From Bacteriovoracia bacterium (lineage in GTDB: Bacteria > Bdellovibrionota > UBA1018 > CAIPTA01): a DNA stretch of 64,000 nt. Below are positions 9,023 to 18,106 of the stretch, one piece after another. Both the position numbers and the translations under genes were made by a program. Each line of letters starts with the position of its first letter. Within the stretch, counting starts at the first letter, position 1. The stretch spans positions 864,001-928,000 of the forward strand of contig JBFWVL010000001.1 in assembly GCA_050246755.1 (NCBI GenBank). Reading direction: 5' to 3'. Under the pieces are notes generated by a model that saw only the letters and a program-made list of their open reading frames with translations, was not told the origin of the DNA and did not search any database.

Positions 9023-9559
9023 ATGAGACAGATTCTTATGTTAGTGGGTCAGAGCCTGATGCAACAATTTCTTCGCTCTCCCGATCCGGGACATCACGCT
9101 GCGATCGGCCCCGCTCTATTTGAGCCCGCCAAGGAATTTGCCGCCGAAACCGCACGTGAGGCGATTCGTAAATATGCGCTAGTAGCCACCCTCAGCTTCT
9201 TCTTCTCCCTCTATTTCGTGGCCGGCACATTAATTATGATCACTGCCGCCGCTTCCAGCTTTGACGCCTTTGGCTTCTTCGCTCCCGGCTCGTTCTTTTA
9301 TTCGGGAGTAGCCGTGACGGTTATCTCCCTAGGCGTTTTAGGCGGATGCTATGCATCGGTACGTAAAGGAAAGAAGAAAAAGACAAAAGCCGAAGTGGTA
9401 GAGGCCCAGGTTCCGGCAATTTCGGCTCCGGCTTTTCAATTCGGGCATGTGGCGGAAGCTATTGTTTCGGGAATCATATCCGGCATTGTTAGCCGAAGAT
9501 TTTCCAAGCCTGCACCCGCGCCAACCACGTTACGCGAACGACTCCGCCAAGTAATATAA
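9023..9559 (+). CDS. two-TM membrane protein, YqjE/holin-like position
   Basis: Two hydrophobic segments then a basic patch; follows the ElaB-like gene as yqjE follows yqjD. Confidence 0.6.
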   Translation: MRQILMLVGQSLMQQFLRSPDPGHHAAIGPALFEPAKEFAAETAREAIRKYALVATLSFFFSLYFVAGTLIMITAAASSFDAFGFFAPGSFFYSGVAVTVISLGVLGGCYASVRKGKKKKTKAEVVEAQVPAISAPAFQFGHVAEAIVSGIISGIVSRRFSKPAPAPTTLRERLRQVI

Positions 9560-9577
9560 TTTTAGGGAGAAAGCCTT

Positions 9578-10723
9578 ATGGCCGTTACCAACCGAAAATC
9601 GGAAGGAACGAACTCGGGCCGCCACTGGCCTCTTCCTCCGGTGAACCGCAAGCTTCTTCTAATCTTGGGGCTCGCCCTGGTGGCGATTTCTTTAATCCCA
9701 TTTTGGGGATCGGTAACGGTGGCGGCGGTATTCGCCTTCGGGCTATATCCCTTCGTAAAAAAAATAGCGCAGCGATTCGGGCATGGCCGGCCCCGGATCA
9801 TCGTGGGCCTATGCGTGGCTGCGCTCGCGCTCACCATGATGATGCCCGTCACTTTCTTTAGCGTTCGCCTTTATAATCTCGCCACTACTCCCAAGGACGG
9901 AAATGCTTCCGGGATTTTTTCTTCGCAAACCCTCACCAAAATTGCCTCGGCCAAGGAAAAGATAGAGGCTAGCTTAATTTCTTACGGCGTGAAGGGAAAA
10001 GTTTTCCGTTCTGAGACGGAAGGCATGGAAGCTATCCGTGGCGGGTCCACGAAGGCGATGAACTTCTTCCTCGCCTTTTTTTCGGCAGTGCTTACCTCGC
10101 TTCCAGACGTTTTCCTCGAATTGCTGGTATTTTGCCTCTTCCTCTATCTTTTTCTTTCCCGGGGAAAGCAGATCCGGGATTCCGCGGTGAAATTCGGCAT
10201 CGTGCCCGCCGGAGACGTGGATCGCGTCTCGCACGTAATGCAAACGAGCTGTTATAACTCCCTGATCTCGAATCTTCTCATCGGCCTCATTCAATCCTCG
10301 GTAGTGGCCGCCGGCGCACGGTTGGGAGGGTACAACGAAGTGGTATTGATTTTCTCGGTGGTTTTCCTGCTCTCTTTCATTCCGTTTATCGGCTCTTCCC
10401 CTCTGGCCTTCTTGTTGGCGGGACTCAGCTTACTGAACCAAAACAACGGAAGCGCCGTTATTTTGCTCGTTACGGGGATGATCTCGGGCACTATCGATAA
10501 CGTGATCCGCCCCTACCTCGTAGCCAACGGAGAGAATGAAGTGCATCCGATCGTGAGCTTCGCCGTAATCATCGGCGCAATCGGGGTATTGGGAATAAAA
10601 GGCATATTCTTGGGGCCGGTGATCCTGACAGCCACGGTAGGACTGCTAAATATGCCGCCTCGCGGAGAAAAGGCGGCAGGTATTTCCAATATCCGCCACG
10701 TAAAAACGAAGCAGGCAAGCTAG
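9578..10723 (+). CDS. AI-2E family transporter (YdiK-like)
   Basis: SFIPFIG, IDNVIRPYL, GIKGIFLGPVI motifs. Confidence 0.92.
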   Translation: MAVTNRKSEGTNSGRHWPLPPVNRKLLLILGLALVAISLIPFWGSVTVAAVFAFGLYPFVKKIAQRFGHGRPRIIVGLCVAALALTMMMPVTFFSVRLYNLATTPKDGNASGIFSSQTLTKIASAKEKIEASLISYGVKGKVFRSETEGMEAIRGGSTKAMNFFLAFFSAVLTSLPDVFLELLVFCLFLYLFLSRGKQIRDSAVKFGIVPAGDVDRVSHVMQTSCYNSLISNLLIGLIQSSVVAAGARLGGYNEVVLIFSVVFLLSFIPFIGSSPLAFLLAGLSLLNQNNGSAVILLVTGMISGTIDNVIRPYLVANGENEVHPIVSFAVIIGAIGVLGIKGIFLGPVILTATVGLLNMPPRGEKAAGISNIRHVKTKQAS

Positions 10724-11359
10724 CTACCGTAAACGAACCTGATCCTCGAGTTCGTTAGTGTCGTCGGCCTTCTTGGGAAAGTGCTCGGCGAGTTTTCCGC
10801 CCACTTCTTCCACCACCTCGACGAGCGCATCCCCGGCCGTTCCATTCCGGAGGCCGATAACGATCTTCTTCACTTCTTCGTCCCAATAGGTGGGAGAAAC
10901 TTTTTCGTTGATGCCTTTATCGGCCAATATCACCACACGACGCTCGCGCAGAGAAATATAGATTAAAATCCCGGTGTGGTCGCGAGTATTAAATAACCCT
11001 TCTTTTACGAAGGCGAGCTGCGCGGCGGAGAAAACTTCCTGCTCCATCCAAAGGTCGCCGAGCAGTTTCCTCATTATCCAGGCCGAGCGGCCCAGCAGGG
11101 CGCCCAACGCCAAGCCACCGCCTTGCAGCGCGAAAATCGTAGAGAGCTCCGCGGCGAAGGGCCAATAGTGCGAAAGCCATAGTCCCGTGCAAGTCCCGGC
11201 GGCTAAACCGAGAACTCCGAGAAGAAATACCAGCCATGCGTAGTGAACGCTTTTGGCCGCTATCACGGGCACAATCTCGCCACTGGTTTTAGCTTCGGCC
11301 TTACCAACCGCTGCTTTGATCCGCTGGAGGTCTTGTTTAATAAAAAATCTGCTATTCAT
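10724..11359 (-). CDS. TPM domain membrane protein
   Basis: AEAKTSGEIV, TRDHTGILIYISLRERRVVILADKGI, NEL.D motifs; start at MNSRFF. Confidence 0.9.
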   Translation of the reverse strand: MNSRFFIKQDLQRIKAAVGKAEAKTSGEIVPVIAAKSVHYAWLVFLLGVLGLAAGTCTGLWLSHYWPFAAELSTIFALQGGGLALGALLGRSAWIMRKLLGDLWMEQEVFSAAQLAFVKEGLFNTRDHTGILIYISLRERRVVILADKGINEKVSPTYWDEEVKKIVIGLRNGTAGDALVEVVEEVGGKLAEHFPKKADDTNELEDQVRLR

Positions 11360-11364
11360 CGTGT

Positions 11365-12114
11365 TCACCAAGAGGAAGAGGAACCGCCGCCGCCAAAGCC
11401 GCCGCCTCCTCCACCCCAACTACCACCGCCGCCCCAGCCTCCTCCGCCGCCAAATCCTCCACCACCCCAGTGTCCCCGGCGAGAAGGGCCGAGCACCCCA
11501 CGGCGACTTAGCCCGAATATGCTGAGGAATGCGGGAAACACAAAAAGAAGGAAAAAAATGAGCGCGAAAACCATGATGGGCATGGGAACTATCGGCCGTC
11601 TCTTATACGCCTGCGCATCCCCTTCCCCCTCTTTCAGGCCGAGGGGGATTTTCTCCTGCAGGCTAGCGATTCCGGCGGTGATTCCTCCGTAGTAATTTCC
11701 ATCGCGAAAAAGCGGGCGCACCGTATTGTCGAGCACCCGGCGCGTGAAGGCATCCGTGAGCTCGCCTTCCAGCCCGTAGCCCACTTCGAAACGCATTTTG
11801 CGTTCTTTAGGGGCCACTACGAAGAGCAATCCTTTATCTTCTTTCTTCCGGCCGAGCTGCCATTTCTCGGCCACGGCAATAGAAAAATCCTCAATCGCGC
11901 GCCCTTGCAACGAAGAGGCAATGTATACCGCAATCTCTACGCCCGAATTTGCTTTGATATCCCTAAGCCAGGCCTCGAGCTGCTGCACTTCTCCGGGTTG
12001 CAAAATTCCCAGTTCGTCCACCACCGGAGCTGGCGCGCGAATCGCGATGCTGCTGTCCCAGGCCCAAGCTGGGAGAGAGAAAAACAGCAGCAGTGCCAAG
12101 CTCGCGAGACGCAC
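11365..12114 (-). CDS. TPM domain protein (YgcG-like) with Gly-rich tail
   Basis: WQLGRKKEDKGLL...RFEVGYGLEG; C-terminal GGGFGGGGSSSSW. Confidence 0.93.
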   Translation of the reverse strand: MRLASLALLLFFSLPAWAWDSSIAIRAPAPVVDELGILQPGEVQQLEAWLRDIKANSGVEIAVYIASSLQGRAIEDFSIAVAEKWQLGRKKEDKGLLFVVAPKERKMRFEVGYGLEGELTDAFTRRVLDNTVRPLFRDGNYYGGITAGIASLQEKIPLGLKEGEGDAQAYKRRPIVPMPIMVFALIFFLLFVFPAFLSIFGLSRRGVLGPSRRGHWGGGGFGGGGGWGGGGSWGGGGGGFGGGGSSSSW

Positions 12115-12689
12115 TAGAATTTCACTTCGGGCGCTTTCTCGGCGCCGGCCGTGGTGGCCTTAAACGTTTCGCGCGGTTCTAGGTGCAGCAAAAATTTCGC
12201 GGTCAAGTTCGTGGGAAAGAAGCGAACCTGTTTATTGAAATCGGCTACGGTATCGATATAGCGCTTGCGGGCCACGGTGATCCGGTTCTCCGTGCCCTCG
12301 AGTTGCGACTGAAGATCGCGAAAATTTTCATTTGCTTTGAGATCAGGATATTTCTCGATCACCACCATCAAACGGCTAAGCGCGGAGGACAACTGCCCCT
12401 GAGATTGTTCGAACTTCTCGAAAGATTTGCTGTCCGACAACTTCGAAACATCTACCTTCGTCTGAGTGGCTTCGGCTCTCGCCTTAACCACCGCTTCGAG
12501 GGTTTCCTTTTCGTGCTTGGCATAGCCCTTCACGGTATTCACTAAGTTCGGAACAAGGTCCGAACGGCGCTGGTATTGATTTTCCACTTCCGACCAAGAA
12601 GCTTTCACGTCTTCGTCCAACCCTTGCAAGCTATTATAGCCGCAGGACATTAGGGTTAAACTCATCAATGCGATCCATATTTTCTTCAT
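12114..12689 (-). CDS. lemA: LemA family protein
   Basis: [31 protein letters not shown]. Confidence 0.95.
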   Translation of the reverse strand: MKKIWIALMSLTLMSCGYNSLQGLDEDVKASWSEVENQYQRRSDLVPNLVNTVKGYAKHEKETLEAVVKARAEATQTKVDVSKLSDSKSFEKFEQSQGQLSSALSRLMVVIEKYPDLKANENFRDLQSQLEGTENRITVARKRYIDTVADFNKQVRFFPTNLTAKFLLHLEPRETFKATTAGAEKAPEVKF

Positions 12690-12804
12690 GAATTCCTCCG
12701 AATTCTTATTGCTCTACTATAGGCTCGATTCCCGACGACGCCAGTGGCAGCCTGTCCGATTTTTCCGTATTTGACTTTTACTACCCGCGGCAAGATAAAA
12801 GGCC

Positions 12805-13914
12805 ATGGAAATTAGCCTGGAAATCACCGATCTCTCTCGCTCGGGAGCCGGAGTTGGACGCGACGCGTCTGGGCGGGTGATATTCGTTCCCTTTACCGCT
12901 CCTGGAGATCAGGTGCGCGTAGAGATCGACGCAGAAGAAAAAAACTACGCGGAAGCTTCCCTCCTGGAAATAGTACGGCCCTCGCTTCAGCGTGCAATTC
13001 CTCCCTGCCCGGTTTTTGGAAAATGCGGCGGCTGTGAATGGCAGCACCTTCCTTATGAACTCCAGTGGGCCACCAAGAAAAAAGGCGTGGAGCATTCGCT
13101 AGCCCGCGTGAGCGTGGACATAAAAAATATTCCCTGGGAAGAATTCCCGGCCGATAGAATTTGGGAATACCGTAACCGCATTCAGCTTCGTGGGCAGCAA
13201 AATGAAATCGGATTTTACGCCCGCAAGAGCAAACAGCTGGTGCCCATCGAAAAATGCTATATCGCAAGACCAGAGCTGAATGCTCTTATTCCTGAAGTTC
13301 GCGAAGAAGGAAAAAGCCGCGTACGAGAATATAAAGTGGAGCTGGAAACTTTTCCGGACGGAAAAACCACCAAGGCCTGGAACGCGGGCCATTCCGCGCA
13401 GGGTTTTCGGCAGGTGCATGACGAGCAAAATAATAAACTGAAAGCCTGGGTAAGCAGTCACCTCGAAGGGGGTGAAACCCTTCTGGATCTTTACGGCGGA
13501 AGCGGAAATCTCAGTCTCGAAATCGCCTCCCGGTTTCGAACCACGCTTTGCGTGGATGTTAGCAGCCCTATTCAGCGCCCCGAGGGTACTCCCGACAATT
13601 ATTTTTTCCAGCGTTCCCCGGTTTTGCCTTGGCTCCGCCGCGAGGAAAAACGCCTTCGTGCCGAGTGCGGCGAAATCCAGGTGATCGTCGACCCTCCCCG
13701 CGAGGGATTCGGCACAGATCTGGCCGCCATCGTGGAACTCTTGAAATCTCTTGGCGTGAAAAAGATATTATCGGTGGGCTGCGATGCCGATTCCTGGGCG
13801 CGCTCCCTGCACCGTTTTCTGAAACATGGATGGGAGCTCGAATCGCTCGGCGCGCTCGACTTTTTCCCGCAAACCCACCACATTGAGGCATTGGCGGTAC
13901 TGAAGCGCCTCTAG
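12805..13914 (+). CDS. rlmD: TRAM-domain uracil-5 RNA methyltransferase (RlmD/TrmA family)
   Basis: TRAM N-term, CPVFGKCGGC Fe-S motif, DLYGGSG, VDPPREG, DFFPQTHHIE. Confidence 0.8.
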   Translation: MEISLEITDLSRSGAGVGRDASGRVIFVPFTAPGDQVRVEIDAEEKNYAEASLLEIVRPSLQRAIPPCPVFGKCGGCEWQHLPYELQWATKKKGVEHSLARVSVDIKNIPWEEFPADRIWEYRNRIQLRGQQNEIGFYARKSKQLVPIEKCYIARPELNALIPEVREEGKSRVREYKVELETFPDGKTTKAWNAGHSAQGFRQVHDEQNNKLKAWVSSHLEGGETLLDLYGGSGNLSLEIASRFRTTLCVDVSSPIQRPEGTPDNYFFQRSPVLPWLRREEKRLRAECGEIQVIVDPPREGFGTDLAAIVELLKSLGVKKILSVGCDADSWARSLHRFLKHGWELESLGALDFFPQTHHIEALAVLKRL

Positions 13915-14034
13915 GCAATTGCCGCGCAGCAGGAAATGATTTCTCCTTGCCAATACCCCACGAACGTGAAAAATTTCCGACTCAATCCTGTAACTTTCCA
14001 AAGCTTAGCGAAGAGGCCGGAAGGTTCTGGAATT

Positions 14035-14119
14035 GCCCAGGTGGCGGAATTGGTAGACGCGCACGGTTCAGGGCCGTGTATTTAACGATGTGCAGGTTCG
14101 ATTCCTGTCCTGGGCACCA
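14035..14119 (+). tRNA. tRNA-Leu(CAG)
   Basis: GCCCAGG acceptor stem, anticodon arm CACGG-TTCAGGG-CCGTG, long variable arm, GGTTCGATTCC T-loop, encoded CCA. Confidence 0.96.
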
Positions 14120-14151
14120 TCACTCAATTTTTCATTTCACTAAAAGTCGGG

Positions 14152-14373
14152 CTAAGGCTTCGGCCTCAAGGGCTTCAGTAGGTGCTCTAAGCCATTTAGT
14201 TTTATTTCGTAGAGCAGTCCGAGTAGTTCACCTAGCTCCCCGCGCGGAAATCCTTCGCGGGCAAACCAAACCAAGTAGGGCTCGGGCACGTCGGGAAGAT
14301 AACAGTCCTTGTAGCGGCCAAAAGGCATCTTAGTCTGCGCCAATTTTACGAGGATGTCGCCCTTGAGTTCCAT
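14152..14373 (-). CDS. DUF3820 family protein
   Basis: MPFGRY...DVPEPYLVWF...LYEIKLNGLE. Confidence 0.9.
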   Translation of the reverse strand: MELKGDILVKLAQTKMPFGRYKDCYLPDVPEPYLVWFAREGFPRGELGELLGLLYEIKLNGLEHLLKPLRPKP

Positions 14374-14475
14374 AAGCCTGGCTCATGGTATACCTGCGCT
14401 CCCTTATTTAACACCCATAGAATCGGTGGCGAGGGCATCTTTACAGCAACTCGCACCAGGTGGTTTAATCACGGC

Positions 14476-15582
14476 ATGGCCCGCCCTTTAAAATACTTTT
14501 TGCTCTTTCTCTCGCTGGCCCTTCTTGCCGTGGTGCTGACGCCGCCGTTGATTCTCTTATACAAGGGAAGCGCGCAAATAAGCTTTTCGGGAGAGACCAG
14601 TAATTCCATTTGTGTTCGACCCTCGAGCACGATGATTTATGCTTTTAAGCCAAATTGCCGAGAATCCGCGCCGCGCACTGGGTCGGCTATCATAATGAAG
14701 TATAATAATCTCGGTTTGCGCGATCGTGATTTTCCCAAGAAGCGAAAACCCGGCGTGAAGCGCCTGCTATTCGTGGGCTCCTCGCTCCTGGTAAGCCCCG
14801 GCCTGGAAGATTCCGAAACCCTGCCGCGATTGCTGGAAAAAAAGCTCCGCAGGCAAGGCCTAAAGGTGGAAGTAATCAACGCGGGAGTTGCGGGGCACGT
14901 CGACATTCAGTCCTACATGCACCTACAAAGACTGCTCGACGCCTACCATCCAGATTATGTGGTCTTTATGCCCACTGTTTCCGGCAGCCTCATGCGGGCG
15001 CGCTTCATAGAAAAATTCGCCGTTCGTGACGAAACCGGTCGGCCGACCGCAATCAATATGAATTTCGTGAGAACTTATAACTGGATTCCCGGAATGGAAG
15101 AATCCGCGAAAACCAGCATTGGCTGGCAGTCCCTTTACCTCAGCCTGCAAGCCTGGAATCGCTTCACCCTTTCCTGGGGCTGTGTCCGCTTTCTCACCAA
15201 CGAAGCACGGCTCACGCAGTGTTTATTAGGAGATGCACTCGCCTACGCCGAATGGATCGCGGAAAAAACAAAACAAGCCAAAGCCAAATTCTTAGTGGTG
15301 GCCTTTCCGGGCGCGGTGAATAACTCATTAGCCGTGTCAACGTATGTTCCCCATCGTTTCACGAAAGTCATCGGCTACCTCACTCCCGCGTTAACGGTAT
15401 CCTCCGAAGCGTACCGGACGGAAATCGGGAGAAGAAATCTTCCCGTCTATTTCTTTACGACGGAAAATATTCCTAAAAAACACGGCTTCGTTGGAGACGA
15501 CCTACATTTCGATCTGGAAGGAACAAAATTCCTCGTGGATAAAAACTGGAAAGCTTTTTATGATTTTCTGGCGAAAAAATAG
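14476..15582 (+). CDS. membrane-anchored SGNH/GDSL hydrolase-like protein
   Basis: N-terminal TM; NNLGLRD; LFVGSSL (GDS variant); INAGVAG; DDLH. Confidence 0.75.
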   Translation: MARPLKYFLLFLSLALLAVVLTPPLILLYKGSAQISFSGETSNSICVRPSSTMIYAFKPNCRESAPRTGSAIIMKYNNLGLRDRDFPKKRKPGVKRLLFVGSSLLVSPGLEDSETLPRLLEKKLRRQGLKVEVINAGVAGHVDIQSYMHLQRLLDAYHPDYVVFMPTVSGSLMRARFIEKFAVRDETGRPTAINMNFVRTYNWIPGMEESAKTSIGWQSLYLSLQAWNRFTLSWGCVRFLTNEARLTQCLLGDALAYAEWIAEKTKQAKAKFLVVAFPGAVNNSLAVSTYVPHRFTKVIGYLTPALTVSSEAYRTEIGRRNLPVYFFTTENIPKKHGFVGDDLHFDLEGTKFLVDKNWKAFYDFLAKK

Positions 15583-15599
15583 AAGAATCCAATCGATCA

Positions 15600-16481
15600 T
15601 CAATTCTTTTTCATTAGCTCCAAAAACGTGCGGGCATTCAGGGAAAGCGCGAAGCTCTTCCTCTTGGCCAAAAGCAGATTCAAAGTAAGCGGCTTTTCCG
15701 GCGCGATCTCCACTAGTTTCCCGCTATCGATCTCTTTTTCCACCATAAATCTCGCGAGAAACGCCACGCCGCCTTTCTCCAGGCAAAGCCTCTTCTGCGT
15801 CTCCTGGCTATTGGACTCGAAAGCGATGCGTGGGTCTTTCCCCATTAAGTCCATCAAGCTCTGAGAGGGATGATTCTGGTATTCGGCGCGGATCGAGCTG
15901 ATCAAGCCCACTTCGCGGACGGCGCTCTTTAGCTTGGCCAACCCCGTTTCCCCCTTGGGAAGAAGTTGCGGATGGCAAACGATGGCCATCTCCACCGGAA
16001 ATAGCGGTTCGTAGCTGATTTGCGGCACGTTCAAGGGAGTCACGAAGAGGCCGAACTCGATTTCATTGTTCAGCATTCCCGCCACGATCTCGTTCGGCGT
16101 GCCCGAGAAAGTACTGGTGATCACTTTCGGGTGTGCCGCGCGCAGCTGCTGCAGTTTCTTCACGAGCAAATAGTTCGTGACATGATCGGAAGCCCCGAAG
16201 CGTAGGTGCCCTTCGCATACGGGTTTAGTGCCCCGGCAGGTATTCTCGATATCGGAAACGGCTTGAAAGATCCCGGCGCTCTTTTGAAAAACCTCGTTGC
16301 CTACCGCCGTGAGCGAAACCCCCTTCTTAGACCGCTCTAGTAACCGCACGCCCTCGCCGTCCTCGAGCAAAGCCACCGCCTTACTGAGGGCCGACTGGCT
16401 GATGCGCAGTTTGCGGGCCGCTTCCGTAAAACTGCCAGCTTTCGCTACTTCGTAAAAATACCTAAGGTGATTTAATTCCAT
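15600..16481 (-). CDS. LysR family transcriptional regulator
   Basis: HLRYFYEVAKAGSFTEAARKLRISQSALS HTH. Confidence 0.96.
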   Translation of the reverse strand: MELNHLRYFYEVAKAGSFTEAARKLRISQSALSKAVALLEDGEGVRLLERSKKGVSLTAVGNEVFQKSAGIFQAVSDIENTCRGTKPVCEGHLRFGASDHVTNYLLVKKLQQLRAAHPKVITSTFSGTPNEIVAGMLNNEIEFGLFVTPLNVPQISYEPLFPVEMAIVCHPQLLPKGETGLAKLKSAVREVGLISSIRAEYQNHPSQSLMDLMGKDPRIAFESNSQETQKRLCLEKGGVAFLARFMVEKEIDSGKLVEIAPEKPLTLNLLLAKRKSFALSLNARTFLELMKKN

Positions 16482-16499
16482 GTTTTTATTCTAGCGCAG

Positions 16500-16547
16500 G
16501 CATTCCTAAAAGAGATGCTGTTTATGAAAAACATCTGATTTTCAGAT
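16500..16547. promoter_or_regulatory. candidate LysR T-N11-A boxes
   Basis: GCAT-N11-ATGC (16500-16518) and perfect palindrome ATCTGA-TTT-TCAGAT (16533-16547) just upstream of lysR. Confidence 0.5.
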
Positions 16548-16557
16548 AAAGCGATGA

Positions 16558-16599
16558 AGGCCGAATGCTTCTTTTTCAGAAACATCCGGCCTATTTTTT
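16558..16599 (-). terminator. terminator hairpin downstream of 16617-17096
   Basis: AGGCCG...CGGCCT stem whose mismatches become G-U pairs on the minus strand; T-run on the plus strand. Confidence 0.6.
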
Positions 16600-16616
16600 A
16601 AGACGAGTTCCGAGAA

Positions 16617-17096
16617 CTAGTTCTTGAGGTAACGGGCGCAGTTGAGAGCGGCATGGATGCGAGATCCGTTGCGCTTAACCAAAATCAGGCTACCTTCCAA
16701 ATCAGCGCCAGCAGCCACAGGAGCAGCGTAGGAAAAGTCGATATCGGCGATCACCACGTCGAGCTCTCCAAGTTTGGTGCCGAGGATATTTTCACCCGCA
16801 CGCTTGGTATCGCTGAAGCGAAGATCCACGTTGCCTTCGTAACGGGCCGAGCGACTGTCGAGAACTCCGTTTACATCTTGGAAGCGCGCGATCGTCTTAC
16901 GTCCGTCTTGTACAGAAGGATCCGAGAGAACCATCACGGCGGCCACGCGGGTTCCGGCTTCCGCGCCGGTGTGATTGAAGATCTTTACGTTCAGGTCGCC
17001 ACCGGTGGTTTGGCAAATGAAGCCGTCTGCCTTTGCGTTAGCGGCGAGCAGGGAAGCGGCGATGGTTACTACGGACAATACATTGAAAAGTTTCAT
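16617..17096 (-). CDS. secreted hypothetical protein (terminal Cys pair)
   Basis: Signal peptide ending AKA; GFIC...LNC; AGGAG SD. Confidence 0.8.
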   Translation of the reverse strand: MKLFNVLSVVTIAASLLAANAKADGFICQTTGGDLNVKIFNHTGAEAGTRVAAVMVLSDPSVQDGRKTIARFQDVNGVLDSRSARYEGNVDLRFSDTKRAGENILGTKLGELDVVIADIDFSYAAPVAAGADLEGSLILVKRNGSRIHAALNCARYLKN

Positions 17097-17274
17097 GGTT
17101 AAATTCTCCTAGAGGTCGTTATAGTAAAAATCCTTCTTGTTAATCCTTGGCCAGAAGTCGCTTTTCATTTCTGTGTCGATCTCGTCGGCGATAGGGAAAA
17201 TAAGCGCAGCCAACGATTTTGTAAAATGCATAATTACACGTTTAATATACTTATATAGAATATATAAAACGACG

Positions 17275-17312
17275 CAAAAAAGCGCCCAGGGTTTTGCCAA
17301 GGCGCTTTTTTG
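17275..17312. terminator. bidirectional intrinsic terminator
   Basis: CAAAAAAGCGCC...GGCGCTTTTTTG. Confidence 0.85.
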
Positions 17313-17344
17313 ATTTTCGAAACTGGGTAACTGCGGAGCCGCGC

Positions 17345-17989
17345 TTAGCGCGGCAAATCTTTTTTGCCGAGATCGGTCACTTTACCATATTTGCGAAGCC
17401 CTCGGCTCCAAGTGTCCAAACCTGGAAGATAGCTAGTTTCACCGCTCTCCTCGTGAGTATAAATATCTTCCATATAAATCCACGCGCTTTTTCCATTGAG
17501 GCAGCGCACATTCAGCCAGCGGTCTTCACGGAACTGGGTTTCGTCGAAGGCCTCCACCACGCTGAAGAGGCCTTGGTCGGCGCTGTAGATTTTTCCATTG
17601 TAGCGAACCGAGAAAATCCCTTCGGATCCACCAATAAGATATTCGAGAGACTCTCCCCGCTTTACGAGGTCGTGCACCAGCTCGCCGTCGCCAAGGTAGA
17701 AATCGGAAGACGCCACCAGGCGAACAATGCGGGAAGCCGAATGGTAGCCGGCCTTACGCGCGCGGTTCCAAGGATGAAAAACCGCCCGGTAAGGAAGGGC
17801 ACAGCTGATTTTTTTCTCGGCATCGAGGTCCATCGCGACACGGGCCGGAACAGAAACACCTCTCTTCACCACGGAAAATCCCGCGGGGTATTCGCCCGAC
17901 CAGCCGGAGGCTTGGTACCAGCCGCTATCGTAGGCAGCAAAGCTCGAGAGCGAAGTGAGGCCAATAAGAATTAAAAACAAAGAGCGCAT
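17345..17989 (-). CDS. secreted hypothetical protein
   Basis: Signal peptide ending SFA; WSGEYP motif; GAGG SD. Confidence 0.75.
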   Translation of the reverse strand: MRSLFLILIGLTSLSSFAAYDSGWYQASGWSGEYPAGFSVVKRGVSVPARVAMDLDAEKKISCALPYRAVFHPWNRARKAGYHSASRIVRLVASSDFYLGDGELVHDLVKRGESLEYLIGGSEGIFSVRYNGKIYSADQGLFSVVEAFDETQFREDRWLNVRCLNGKSAWIYMEDIYTHEESGETSYLPGLDTWSRGLRKYGKVTDLGKKDLPR

Positions 17990-18076
17990 GAAAATTCCTC
18001 GGTATAGGAGCTTGATATCGCACTAGACGCATTGCGTCAATGCTTCTCGAGGCCTCTTTTGCTTCGAACCCCAAGC

Positions 18077-18092
18077 TGGCCCCTATTCTGCA
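18077..18092 (+). promoter_or_regulatory. sigma54 -24/-12 promoter for the yihY-DUF748 operon
   Basis: TGGCCCCTATTCTGCA (GG-N10-GC); upstream palindrome GACGCATTGCGTC at 18026-18038. Confidence 0.6.
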
Positions 18093-18106
18093 AAGATGCT
18101 TTTTCT

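Noticed and set aside
11365-11470. GGC/GGA-rich repeat
   Set aside because: Ordinary Gly-rich C-terminal tail of YgcG/TPM proteins.
13947-14333. ORF spanning tRNA-Leu; also ORF 20722-20979 antisense to tRNA-Arg
   Set aside because: They overlap clear tRNA genes and are spurious.
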